DNA of 64,000 nucleotides from Vermamoeba vermiformis (GCA_045837725.1 JBEWZL010000208.1:1-64000), one strand, 5' to 3'; positions 37,540 to 51,312 are shown, counted from the stretch's first letter. Notes: generated by a model from the sequence alone, not told the origin. Numbers and translations: made by a program.

Positions 37540-38462
37540 GTGATTTTTACCAACTTCAAATTTACATATTATCTATAATATATATTAAAATTATTGTATC
37601 ATCGGTTCGGCACATAAACGTCAACTTCCCAAAGGATTATTGCATCACCACCGCATGTTCACATTCCAACTATATCAATAATTATCAATAATTAATAGCT
37701 ATATTAAATTAATAAATAATATTACGTACTCTCCGAGTTGTGGACAATTTCCGCTAACTCCGATCTGATGACTTGAATGCGTTGTGCCTGCCATCACTAT
37801 GAAGCGAAGCAATACAATATCGCTCCTAGGGACTTAAATATAATATAAAGTTACTAAAATATGTTTAATTACAGCAAATCTACCTTTAAGATTAATCTTT
37901 TGTTCGGGAGTTCGTCCAAAAAATTTGTCCAGTTCAATTAATGCCTCTGGAACCGTATGAGAGGTAGGTACGTAGTCCTATATAACTAATAATATTAATA
38001 ATATACGGGTAATATTATTACTATTATAATGAGTGAAGTAAAAAAAAAAGGTTGAAAACGCGTTTTCAATGGATGCTGATAATTAACATTACATTACATG
38101 CTAAAAGTAAAAATTAAAATTGCGAGTAATTTATATTATTTCCATACCCGATATTGGTCTTGTATTTGAACAAAGTCCGAGTCAACTGCGTGGATCAATC
38201 GATTTTCTCCGTGCTCCCAGTTTGTTTGCCCATTTTCGCTCGTAATATTAACGTACTTATATTCTACAGTATCCATCATATTTTTTGGAATTATTATCTG
38301 CGCATCTAAACGTTCTTCTGAAATCCAAGCCATTTTGATCCCGTCTTTTGGACTCCATCTTCCTAATTCATTGATATTACCAACGACATATATTTCATGA
38401 GGCTGTTTGAATATTGAGTGTGAAGTTGTTTGCAAAATGAACCGGATCACCACGCTTGCCAT
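37540..38462 (-). CDS. Tandem CBM20 starch-binding protein; second repeat appears degenerate
   Basis: Repeat 1: IYVVGNINELGRW...VEYKYV...WEHGENR. Repeat 2: LLRFIV...IGVSGNCPQLG|W, followed by frameshifts and a stop. Confidence 0.7.
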
Positions 38463-38712
38463 TTGCTCTTTTTGGATGTGCGAAGCAATGCGAAATATTT
38501 CATATGCTGCAACATCTATTGATATATGCTTAGTGCTATACGCTTTGAGCACTGAAGTTAACTTGCCTGGTAAATTTGTGTCATTTTTTAGGCGGTCAAA
38601 GTTTGGTCGGCATAAAATTATTCTCCAATACTTAATTCTTTATGAAGCAACAATACCGCATCAAGTCTAAATAACTATATTAAGCAGTATCCTATAATTG
38701 ATTCGCCGATAA

Positions 38713-41581
38713 ATGGAGAGCGGTAAAAAGTTGTTTTCCAAATTGTGGCCACTCGGATCAAAAGAGACAAATCAAGCCGAATTAAGCGCCTTCGGGCAAG
38801 GTACATTATTAAATAATAAGTATCATATAAATTTGCTTTATTCATATTTTTAATTGCGAAATTGAATTTTTTAAATCCGCAAATCCATTCTGTTATGTTT
38901 TAAAATGGATACTACTCGATAAAAATTAGTGATATTAATTATTTAATTATTTAATTATTTCTAGGTGATCACGAACTTCCAACAGAGACTACGGGATCCA
39001 AAAGAGCGCGATTATTTTCAGCCGTAAAATCGACCGTAGGCTGGCCAATTTCCTTAATATATAATTCCACACAAAAACAAGGTACCTATTTATATATTTT
39101 TTAAAGCGAAAAAATTATTGGCATGATTGTCTGGCATTTTTTTGCCGTATCAAAAATCGGATCTGCTCGTGCATTCTGCCTTTCCAAATTTCATAGTTGG
39201 CCGTTAAGAATACATATTAATATTGACTACTATTTATAAACAGCGTCGGATAATAATTCTTCGTCGACAAAACATCGCGGAGAAGAAATGATCGTGGATG
39301 TGGACGCTAAAGAGAGTAAAAGACTCGAACAAGTGACGAAAGAATTCTTAGAAAGAATTAAAGAATATTATTCAAGGGATTTATTAGCAGCACTCGATGC
39401 GTATGTAAAAAATTGGATCAAGATCCGATCATGAATTATTTTTTAACTAATACATCGTTTTATAATTAGATTCATTCATGAATTCAATAGATTGCCTAAT
39501 TTGGAAGGTGCTGTCATTAGCGCGGTGAATTCAATGTTAGATCAGTCATCGGATTCGGACGATAATTTATCACAGTCAAAATTAGATCCGCTCAATGATC
39601 AGCATTTGCAGAACAATAATAATATGCATCATAGTCATAATAATAATTTAAATATAAGCCCTGAAGAATTGCAAAAAGAACGAGGCAACAAAGTGAAAGA
39701 TTTTGTGTCGATGATGATTGGTCGATTTTTGCTGAATTCTTATTGGCGGGCTGAACTGACCAATCAGCAATCGATTGATGATTTGAGAGAGTGCATTGAA
39801 CGATATATTATGGCGAAAATATTCAAAAAGTAAGTGCACTCGGAGATCCAACAAGTATTTTTTTCGAAATTGACGTATTTTTCCGACAACACTTCGACTA
39901 ATAGTATCATCTTTATGTTTAAGTATAATTCCTACTATATCATAATAGCAATAGTTCTTTGATTTGTGTTTTGTAATGGAACCTTTTGGCGTTTGATCCC
40001 GGATGTGCTTTGCGATCGCAGATCCAAATTTTTTCTTAAGGAAGAAATCTCGCCTAATCCAGTTGAAATTTGTTTATATTATGACGAATTTTAATTAAAT
40101 ATTTTTAATTATATAGCATTATTGAGAATTTGGAGGGCGGTGAATACTTAATTAATTTTTGATTTCAATCAGGGCGTACATTCCGAACAAAACTGAAGAC
40201 TGGAAATTTGCACAATTAATTTCATCTTTGCAGTTCATTCAACCAAGTCACTTAGACATCAAATCTTTGGTCCACCCTGAACTCATCGAAGATTGTAGCG
40301 ACAGTACGTAATTGACTATAATTTGTATATTTTCCTTATTTAGTCACGCTAATAATTTTCGCAAAGTCTTGACGCAGATTAATTTCTACGTGATTCCGAA
40401 GAACAAATTGAACTGCATTTCTGGCTGCTGTTTGACCATATTTAGTAAGTACTACTTTTTTCTGATCGATCGGAAAATTTTTGTTTGTACGAGATGTAAC
40501 TTACCGATTATTCCAAATTAGGATATTTAGAAGCTCTGCAGGCGCAAACCGCTAACAAGGCCGCAGTATCGGTCGATGATTTTTTGCCAATTTTAGTATA
40601 CATAATTATCAAGACTAATCCGCCTAGTCTAATCTCCAATATGAAGTACGTACCGCATAACTATCATTACCATATATAGTAATGTTCTAAACTTTTGCGT
40701 TCAATAGCTACATTGAGGATATATACTCCCGCAGAAGATTTAGAGTCCTCAATGACCGGATATTTCTTCGCGAATTTGAAGGTCGTCATCTCGTTCATTA
40801 AACAACTCGCTAATAATCCGAGCAAATTGTCGTTGACTGAGAGCGATAACGGGTATGTTCACTACAACGAAATTTCACCGCAATTTTTTCACAGCGGATG
40901 CAAAGTTTTTTCACATTGCTTCCTAACTCACCGTTTAACAATAATCTATGATATTATTTTAACAATCATCTCTATAATAATTAAAACTTGTGGCTGTGAA
41001 AAATTAATCGAGTCGAAGATATTTTCCGTGCATATTTAATATATGATTATTAATTTTATGATTTTTGTTGCAGTGAAATGTCCGAGGAATGGCTGCGCGA
41101 ACAAAAAGCACTGTTATTGAAAGCTATTCAACCACCTGAAATCAAAAAAGAAGATGAAAAAGGCGCGTGGTTATTCCGCTGGGTGCCGTTGCTGCCGTTT
41201 ATCAAGAAAAGAGATGCAAACATTAATAATAACGGCAGTAATAATATTATAACCGATGAAAAGTCACATTTAGTTGCCAGTCAATTCCGCGAAACAATGA
41301 CGAGCGAAATGAAAAATGAACAAGATCTGTTAAACTCCGAAATCTCCGCGCCGATTAACGAAGATGACCAAAAAAGGCTAAAAAGACAAAATTCTGCGAA
41401 AGGCCTGAGCACGAATGATGCAGATTTTTTGCAAGAATATTCATTTTGGAATTGTTTGGCTGAAGATATTAAGCCGAGAGATATTCCGGAGTTGTTAGCG
41501 GAGTATAAACGACTAGCTTGGTACGAATACACGCAGAAACAGAAGAAAAAACTGAAACTGAACAAGAGCGATCAAGATTAA
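38713..41581 (+). CDS. VPS9-domain Rab5-family GEF; +1 frameshift near 40715
   Basis: IERYIM, LQFIQPSHLDI, IPKNKLNCI, SVDDFLPILVYIIIKTNPPSLISN and GYFFANL..VISFI. Confidence 0.9.
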
Positions 41582-41786
41582 AGTCAGATCCAGATCCCGG
41601 ATGTGCTGTTGACCTGATCGTGTGATGTAGTATATCAAATGTAAAATAGGACTGTTTAAATCTTATCGACTTTCGGATTATCCTAGCCATCCATATAATA
41701 CAATCCTAGTGCTAGCAAAAACTTCACGGTGGATCTAGATAAGTTTGTTTTATTTGCGTGCAACGTTGCCTTACTATGCATAGCGG

Positions 41787-44700
41787 CTACCACTTCGTGG
41801 GTTTATAGTCCTTAAAGAACATGCCAAAATAAAACTTGCCGTTGTTAACACCATCGATAATCTAAAAGGAAAAGGTTACTAAATAACGCAAATTCGGGTG
41901 TTTCAAAAAACGTACCGGATCTATTACTCTAGCTGCACCGTCAATATTGTCTAACGGTGCTTTCGACATCTGTGAAGCAATATAATGTGGTTGCATGAGC
42001 GATACCCTAAAAAGGAAATAAGAACGTCGGATCCATAAAATTTCGGATCGAGATCATGATCCCGATCCACTTACCATCCAGGATCAACAGCGTTCATATA
42101 AATGCCTTCAGCTGCATATTCATCAGCTGAGGTCCTAGTAAGCATATTCAACGCTGCTTTGGCCATGTTGGTGTGCGGATGCGTTGCGTCTTTTAATTTG
42201 TAAAACTGACCCTCTGGTGAACTGACGTTGATAATGTAGCGAGATTTCGAGGGAGATTTCAACATTAACGGCTTCAACTTGCTGACCAATAAGAACGGTG
42301 CGAGTGCGTTGATCACGTGGACTTCTGCAGCTTCAAGCTCGGAAATTTCAGTTGCCTTCATGACCCATGAAGTCGATGTCCGCTTGTCAATTTGTTGCTT
42401 GTCTTCATCGTACTGACCAACAGGAAATAATTCCTTATTCTTGGAATTATTATCTTCTACCATCATTGTATCTTTATCAGTATTATTATTGTTCGTTGAA
42501 GTTTCATCGACCAAAAAATTCACTGAAGCATCAGGACCTAATTTTTGCATAAGCTTGTATAAGACATTGTAATTATATGATTTTACCTAATAAGGAAGCT
42601 TGAGATTTCTCCGGATCTGCTCGCAAAAATGTTAACATGCGTTGCATCGTAGATTTGTTTTGAAATGACTGTGCTTCCTCTTCTGCACTCGGCTAAAAAC
42701 TCTTTAACGCTTTCATTGCATAAATTTATCGATTCGAGTTCAGTAGGCATCATATGGCTGTAATAATCATACGGCCTAAAAAATGAAAGTTAGATCTGAT
42801 CCGTAGATTTTTATAAACCTGATAATACCGTCTTATAGTCTGTGCGGCATTATTAATCAAAATATCTAAGTGTGAGAACTTATTCTGCAAAAATATGATG
42901 AATTTTGATAACACTGACAGATCCAGAAAGTCGATGCGATACACGAAAAGCCTTGATTTCCATATTTGGTAATCAGGTTCCTATGAGTCAATTGGTCAAT
43001 ATAAAGCATTATCAAAGGTACATTATTGTCATACTTGAGTAAATCTAGTCGCTGCATCTCGCGAAAATCTCGTTGTTGCAATGACCGTGGCACCGTTTCG
43101 CAGCAACATTAGCGCAGTGTAATAGCCTATTTTAACACGTGCTCCTGTCACTAGAGCAATTTTACCGGTCAAATTGACCTTTGGATTTCTCTTCTGCCAA
43201 TTAAATTCGCCGCATTCATTGCACATCTGTCGACAAAAAGTCGTTCAGTGAACGGAAAATAAAATTGATAAAACCGAGGGTTTAACTCACCTTTGGATAG
43301 TGTTGATGACTTCGCATATAAGGACGTTTGCAAACATAACATCGCTCACCACCGTTTGGATTCGCACTAGCGGACGAAGAACTATTGTCCGGTGATGTGT
43401 TGGCGGCATCGTCCGTCTCTTCTATTTTAACATTTTCTTCTCGCTCAACTTCTACTTTCTTAAGGCTGGCCCCTACTAATTGCACAATTGATGCGGGGCT
43501 TAAATTTTGAGTTGAAGTGCTAGAAATGATCTTCGAAGAGGTCGCTTTAAAAGCCTCAACTTTTGCGAGTGGTTTTGCCAGGCTTGTTTCGTCTCGTTTT
43601 AGTTTCTCTAAAATCTTAAGCTTTGCTCTAAGAGCTTCTGATAAATTGGTGCAAAGACTTCTGATCTCCATTTCTTTTGTCTCCAGTGCAATTTTTGAAT
43701 CTTTTTGTTTCGCAGAAATAATTTGCGTAGCATTCTTAATATCACTTGCTTCAACCTCTTTCATAGTCTTAATATAATTATATATGCTTTCGTATTCAGT
43801 CTTTTTGGCCTCTTCTACGAACACTCGTTCAATGTCATTCGAAATTCCTTCGATTGCTTCGGCGACTTGTTGATTGGGCTTGTCAATCTTGCCGACAAAC
43901 TTTTTGATGTCTTTGTACGTTTCAATGTGCTCAAATGCTTGTTCAATCTCTTTAATATCTTTTCTTTCCAAGTACTCGGCGTTGACCGTTTTTTTCAGTT
44001 CGTCAATTTTGTCCAAATCCTTCGTTAAAGTCTCTTTTGAAATTTCTTCCAAATCAATCGATAACTTCATCCACATGCTTTTATCGAATTTAATCATCTC
44101 ATTTGCCTCGTTAAACTCTTTCGAATTCAATAGTAACTGAACATTTTCACCGTAAATGAATCCAGGCTGAAAAAAATTAATCAGTTTAGCGTTAATTTAA
44201 CGACAAAAATATATTACCTTATAAGGAATGTTTTTCATTACGGTATACTGTTTGTACGAATCAAATAAGCTTCTTCAAGTGTTGAATCATCGTCAAATTA
44301 TTCCAGCCTTCGCCGTAGGGCAAAAACACTTGCATATTTGAACTCGAGTAATTCTTTTCGCTCAAATATAGCAATCTTAATAACCCTCCGTTAAGTTCTT
44401 TGTTTTTATCCAGGTGATAAATCAACGGCCTAATTATTTCTGAAATATTTACGGCTCCAATATTGACTCCTATTTTAATAATGTTAGGCTCGTCAAGTAT
44501 TTTATGTTAATTATTACCTGGGACTACGATATTGAATCCTAATTGAGTCATTCTAAATATCTTATCGGGCAATTGTTTGATCATGTAACTGTTTTTCTCC
44601 GACGAAATTTCGGTCTCCTCTTCCGGCAACCGAACGACCACGTGACGCGTCGTTAACGCTCTAATAAACCTCGGAGATGCAAATACGTCTCTACCATCAT

Positions 44701-45699
44701 AACATACTAGAGTAAACATTAATAAAGCTGATATTTTCTATATAAAACTATAGTTCGTACCTGCTAACGCATCCACATCTATGTCCTTTAAGACTTCTTC
44801 TTTAGATTTATACGGTTGCAAATTAATATTAATGTGTTTGTTAGGATATTCTGAGACTATAATCAGCGACTTGGCCGTCCTCACAACTATAAAAATATTA
44901 ATATGTATGAACATTAGAAAAATTAAATTGCTTACATAACAGCGGTGATTGATTGGAGCTTCTAATCTCTTCAATTACGCTTATTATACGGTTATTAATA
45001 TCTTCTTTTGTTTTCAGGCCGACAAGGTAGAGGTCAATCATCGAGTTGAAATAAAAATTGAAAACGTTATTGAAATCTTGCGGGCCAATGCCATCCAATG
45101 ACGCTAAAGTCACATTAATATACATACATTGCAAAATTAAAGTTGTTATTTGAATAACTGACCTAGCACTGGATCTCCAGCAACAATAACGTTATTCCAG
45201 GAAATCTTGCGTAGTTGATTGGACGAGAAGCGATTAAAATTAGCCTCAAAATCATCGATTGAATCGACAATTGTCTGTTTGCCATTGGCTTGCGAACGAA
45301 GTGCCACTTTTGAAGGAATGATGACGTGTTCCTGGCACAAAACGATTTTTTATCAGTCTTTATCGTTCAAATATCCAATATTATTTTCCTTTATATGTTA
45401 TGGCGTATAATTACCTGATTTAGTGCGAATTTTCGTGAATTAAAGCGTTCTGTATTTTTAAAAATGTTTATACTGCATCCAGCGGCTGATCTGTGCTCTT
45501 CTTGAATATTGGCTTCATCTAATATTTCATTTCCGATAAAATCTCGTGGCAGACTATCAATTAGATTTTTGGGAAGCTTTGAGACAACGTGTGACAAAAG
45601 ATCTTGATCTTTCGACGCAAATAAGGCATCTAACACTACAGGCTTGGAATGTTCATATTTAACACCACAAGATAATAAGTTGTAAAGTGCGTCATCCAT
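41787..45699 (-). CDS. Fusion of a degenerate nucleotidyltransferase-like domain, coiled coil, Zn-ribbon and short-chain dehydrogenase; +1 frameshifts near 44276 and 42690
   Basis: N-part: WNNVIVAGDPV, SMIDLYLVGL, VVRT, YP, DIDVD, VCYDG, PR. Then CYVC...CNEC; ALVTGARVKIG, LDILINNAAQT, HPHTNMAKAALNM and AVDPGW. Confidence 0.8.
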
Positions 45700-45808
45700 T
45701 GTCTTCTTTGGGGTTTCAGCAATAAATGATTTTTATCCCGCGCTCAAGATCAACACCACAACTATCAATAGGGAATATAAACTCCCTTATTAAATTGAGT
45801 CTCATATA

Positions 45809-47328
45809 ATGCTAGTTGAAAGGAAGACGATCAGGTTATTTCAAACGCTACAGGTGCTCGATCTGTTAGCAGCCGCTCTTGCACTTCCTTATTTTATGGA
45901 TGCGCTCAAAGATTTGGGTGGAGATATTCATACAAATAATACTGTAACTGCTGCAAGGTAATTTAAAACACATAATAATTAACGCAATTATGGATGCGAG
46001 GTGTTTCCTGACGAGACCATAAATTTATTTGTGCAATAACGATAGAATAATACTATTATTGTTTATTTTTGAAATTAATATTAATTTTACTGAAGATCTA
46101 CCTTGAAAGCTTTTCTACCAATATTGTATGGCGTGATTAGTGACAATTATGGACGAAAAAAGCTATTATATTTGGCTGCCCTATCAATTCTTATTGGAAC
46201 TTTCTTCGAGACCTTCTTTTTATCCTTTACAACGTTCCTCTTTGCTCGATCAATTATTGATCTCACTCGCACAACAGAATCAGCATTCAATAGCGTGATT
46301 TGCGACGTTGTACCGTCTCTCGACGAAGGAAGAAAGCTTGCAAGAGAAAATACATCGTTAAACGCGCTATTTTTTGTTGTGGCTACCGTTTTGGGCGCGT
46401 ACACATCCAGCTTTTCTTACGAGCTACCAGCACTTATTGCACTATTGATCGCGTGCGTAAACTTGGTTATTGTATTTATTCTTCCAGAAACGCTCGTGCA
46501 CAGCAAAAAACACGCCAATGGTAAGTCAAATCAGATCACGCCATCAGATGCACTAACCAATTCTTAGAATCAAAGATCGACCGCTTCAAAGACGCACTTG
46601 GCATACTCAAATCAATGTGGAAGAATCCTACGTCAAAGAACCTCGTCTTCATTCAATTCTACAGCGGACTTGTTAACGGATGTACCGTGCAATTTATCTT
46701 CGACTTCTCACGACAAGCATTATCAATCGGCACTTTTGGACGTGTGGTTATGTTAATAGGCATCGGCGTCATGATGATGCTCGCTATGGCCACCCTGCCA
46801 CGTGTCACCAAGTTCTACGGCAGCGAACGAAACATGCTGCTCGTGCAGACTTTATTGAACACTGCGAACATTGCGCTGTTGCCGTTCGTCCGAAATGAGT
46901 ACTTACTGTATGCATCACTATTCGCGCACTTCTTCCTTACTGCTGGATTCTTTGCGGTCACCATAGAACTGATGAAAAATGTAGATCACGAATCTCACGG
47001 ATCTGTGCAAGGCGGTAAGTAATGACCACGAAATAGATAATAACACATGCACTAACTTTAAGTTATAACCGGAAACGAGTATTCTTCCCGTATCCGAGTA
47101 AAGTTGTAACTTCCGATCGGATTCGTCATTTCTAATCCTTATTTTGTAGTATTTTCCTCAATTACGACGTTGCTAAGTGCTCTCGTTCCGTTGTATTCCT
47201 CGCATGTAACTATCAACGTCGGCACAACAGAAGCTGGATGGATCTTGTCGGGAGCGATGCTGATACTAGCGTACAGCATATTCAGATGGAAGCCCAAGGC
47301 TGAATCAAATGATAAGAAAAACAATTAA
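45809..47328 (+). CDS. MFS transporter (TetA/DHA1-like)
   Basis: GVISDNYGRK motif A, FLFARSI, ILPETL and HGSVQG; exons in frame. Confidence 0.88.
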
Positions 47329-47653
47329 GCTATTGTACATAGGAAGTAAACGGCGGTAAGATCCCGTTGCAAAATTTTTGAAATCTGACCGGATAAAAAG
47401 GATTCGAAGGCGTTGATTTTTTCCAGCAACTGATGTTCATAACTTCAGGAATAGCACAGTATATCAGGTTCCAGAAGGCACAGCATTTGCAAATATTTTT
47501 TAGAAGCTTTCCAAATTAGGGAATGCTTCGACACACCCACATGCACGTGCACATGCTTGATCAACAGCTTAAAAGCGATTAATTTGATCACTAAACTTAT
47601 TCAGTTTGCAATCGCAACACAGACATACACTACTCAGATCTAGCAACAACAAG

Positions 47654-48871
47654 ATGAGCCACAAGACTGTTATCCTCATTACTGGTGCTAACGGCAACAC
47701 TGGAAAGGCTGTTGCTCAGCATGTTTTGCGCAGAGCCGATCGCGATAACTACGTCGTTAAGGTTGGTGCCCGTTCTCAAGACAAAGTCGCAGATTTGGTA
47801 AAGCAAGGTGCCGAGTTCGTGCAAATGGACTTCGACAACAAGGACAGCCTTCACGCAGCCCTCAAGGTACCTAAATCAATCAACTGCATTACTTACTATT
47901 AATTAGTATAATTAAAAATTTATTACTAAAAATCGATTTAACTTTAGGAAAATATTTAACGAATTACGCAACCCCGAATCTAATTTACGTTTAAATTTAC
48001 TAGGGAGTTCATCGTGTATGGGCTACAGCTCCAAACCCAACCAAGGAGTCTAAAGAAAACGACCGCATCCATTTGCTCAACAACGTTATCGATGCCGCAA
48101 AGGACAGTGGCGTCAAATATTTCCTTTTGGGATCTGTAATGGGAGCCGGTAAGTTTGACGCTAGATTTAAGGGTAAGGTAAAGATACGCGATCTAATTTT
48201 AGCTCATCCGTAGAATACGAAGCGGTCGTCTTTGCTCGCGAATTCAGAATTGCTGAGAAGCGATTGGAAGCCTCAGGAATTCCCTATACTCACTTCCGTA
48301 TGACCGCTTTCCAAGTAAGTTCCTTTCATACACAACAGATCCACGTAAAAAATCGTATTAACTTTCGAACGTTATAGGAGAACTACCTCGGTCAAAAAGA
48401 TAGCATTGCTAAGGGCTTCCTTGCTGAGCCATTAGGCAGCGGTGCTTACTGCCCAATCTCCATTGAAGATATCGGAGCTGCCGCTGCGGAAGTTTTGTTG
48501 AATCCTCACCCTCACCTCAACAAGGCCTATACTTTGACTGGCCCTAAGGCTCTTACGGGTACTCAAATCGCGCACAGACTCGGCAAGGTCGTTGGTCACC
48601 CTGTAAACTACGTCAATGCTGATCCTCAACAAGTCTACGGATTTTTGTCTCAGTTCATGCCTGAGTATCAAGCTAAGGTAAGATCGTATTGAATTATATT
48701 TATCATGCATTACTGACAATTAAATTGATCTAGGGTATGCTTGAATTGTACAACATCTTCGCATCTGGTATGGCCAAGAACCCCAGCCCTGATTTTACTA
48801 CTATTACTGGTCGCACCGGCACTCGCTTTTATAACAGAATGAAGCAATTGAAGGCTTGGGGTGCCTTGTAA
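47654..48871 (+). CDS. NmrA-like / atypical SDR NAD(P)-binding protein
   Basis: ILITGANGNTG, EKRLEASGIPYT, ISIEDIGAAAA and AYTLTGPKAL. Confidence 0.92.
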
Positions 48872-48989
48872 AAAATTAAGATAAATTGCAACGGTTCAGT
48901 TTGTCAAACTCAGTTTTGTGCGCACAACCTGGTTTAAGCAATCAAAAATTAAATCCTCACAATTCAATTTTCTTCTTAACAAGAGCACG

Positions 48990-51312
48990 ATGGACGCCGC
49001 TGCTTGGTTGCTGAACAAGGGAATCCTGATCGCAGTTGGCACCGTCGCTGCAATACAGCTCTTACGTATTCTTAAATTAGCATTTCTCGATTTATTTCAA
49101 ACTAAAGGTAAGTATAATACGACAGTCAATTTAAAGGATGGCTGAGTGCTAGAAGGTTGTCTGAATATTCAACGGTCACATCCAAAAATTCCGTTTAATT
49201 CTTAAATAATCGCCGTCGCTCCGCATATATTTTGAAAATATGATAATAATTCGTAATATTTATTCCATCAGATTTACGTATGAAACCGTTGCCAGAGAAT
49301 CTGCCAAAACAGGTGCTGGTGAAGACCAAGACAGAATCATTTAATCATCAATACTACGTTGTTGTTAGAGATGGTACGTTCTTTATTTTCAACATTCACA
49401 GCGTTTGCTAATCTCTGAGTTTGAAGGTCGAATTTACTACAAACCTATCGAAAATTCGGACCAGATCAATCGTGGCGAGTGGAATGCATGGTCTATATTA
49501 GGCAAAGATGGTACGTACTCGATAGCACGAGCCAAATTACGATATCTAAAGCTTCTTAAGGTCTTCCACAACCTGGTTTCTTTTCTAATCCAAATCCGAG
49601 GTACGCTACGATTTTAGTTTGACAGTTCGTGTATTAATACAAAATTACATACAAAAGCGGTTGGTTTGCGTTCCACTTCCAAAAGCCAAAATTAATTACC
49701 GAAGTAAATGCTGACGGTGACAACTTGATCTGCATCGGTCCTGAAGACGATCCTATTATATATTATATGAAATGGACCGACTTCAAATGGCAAGGCCGAT
49801 GGGGTCTATATTTATGGCTTGGTGTTGCTTTGGGACCTCCATCTTGGGTACGTGCAGAGACGCTACAAAGCACTGCTACTAAACATCGATTTCAAACAGA
49901 TCCGTCTTCCGCCAGATAACCTTGGCTACGCTATATCGCACAGAGGCAACTATAGTACGTAGATGACACTATTTTCGTGTTTGAAGCACGTGCTCATGCG
50001 TTGCGGTTTTGAACAGACAACTACATGGAAGATATCAACGGCACTAAGCACCATTCTATCACTGGATGCACAACGCTGTATCTGCTCGACAAGGATCAAC
50101 TGAACATTTACTACGTGGACCCTTGGCTCTCGCCTTACTGGACTCACCACCACTTCGAAGGGCCAACTTTGTCGGATCTTACTGAATACAGAAACAAGCA
50201 CAAGAATAAGGATGGATTCTGGCCTCTTGATAGACATCGAATTAAGATGGCCTATATGAATGCTAGTGGCTCCAACATCTTTGTTATCTCTACAACTGGT
50301 CAACTTTTCACGCGTCTCGTCGACTTTGACATCGCTGGCATGAACCCTGTATTTAAGGTAGACCGGACTACCATTGCATTTCCACATGCTAACGTCGGTC
50401 TATTTAGTACTCATATCAACGTAAAAAGTTTGACGATGACACGATTCGAGGCTTGCCTGATCCAGGATGGGTAGAGCACACTCCTATTTCCTCAAGTGAG
50501 TAGGGCCTCTTAGTTGAGAGACGCACGTATTAATATAAAAACTTAGATGGAGGACGTGCAACATCATTGCTGACGATCTTCCAATGCGGCCAAGGCAGCA
50601 GCGCGTACACGTTGAGGGTAGCAGGCTACAACGCTGAAAATGTTAAAGGCAAGTATCCGTTTGACTTAGTTTAGTATCATTTCGTGCTAATATTAAGTAC
50701 AGGCTACTTCTATAAGCCCATCATCCCTGCAAATGGTCCTTGGACTTTTGAAGCTGATGCGGATCTGCCTGTATCTCGTAAGCACTGAGACATCAAACAA
50801 TATAGTAAATGTGAGGATACTGATATGCTCTAGCTTCTGACATTATCGAGTACAAACCCAAGATTGAAACAGCGCCGGTGATTGGTGTTGATTACACGTG
50901 GTCGCACGAGGTTAACGGCAAGAATGTCTCCATCACATTGAAGCAGTACAACCCGCTCTACGGAGAGACTGACGTTGTAGTCTCTGTCAATGATAAGCCA
51001 CTCGATTACAGCATCAAGTTGTACGCGATCGGCTTGTTCATGAAGTACAAGGGCACTTTCGTCGTGCCTAAGAGATTTGCTACGGAGAACGAGGAGCTAT
51101 TCAACGCGTTGTTCCAAGGCAAGAAAGTACTGCCCGTCAAGATTGTTAGCCCTAATGCAAAAGAAGATGAGAAGATCAACAAATACCAAAGTCCGAGCTT
51201 CGTCATCCAAGATCGGCTGGACCGCGATAATAATGTAAAGATAGCGAACGCTGCTAAGTCCTTTATTTCTGCACGCCATTTCAAGTGGGAGTTCAAAGCT
51301 AAAACCAACTAA
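48990..51312 (+). CDS. Uncharacterised N-anchored beta-rich (propeller-like) protein
   Basis: About 11 exons splice in frame (one GC-AG). N-terminal hydrophobic anchor; motifs TESFNHQYYVV.RDGRIYYK, ADGDNL, YAISHRG, DPWL and ASGS.IFVI...G.LFTRL.DFD..G.NP. Confidence 0.8.
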
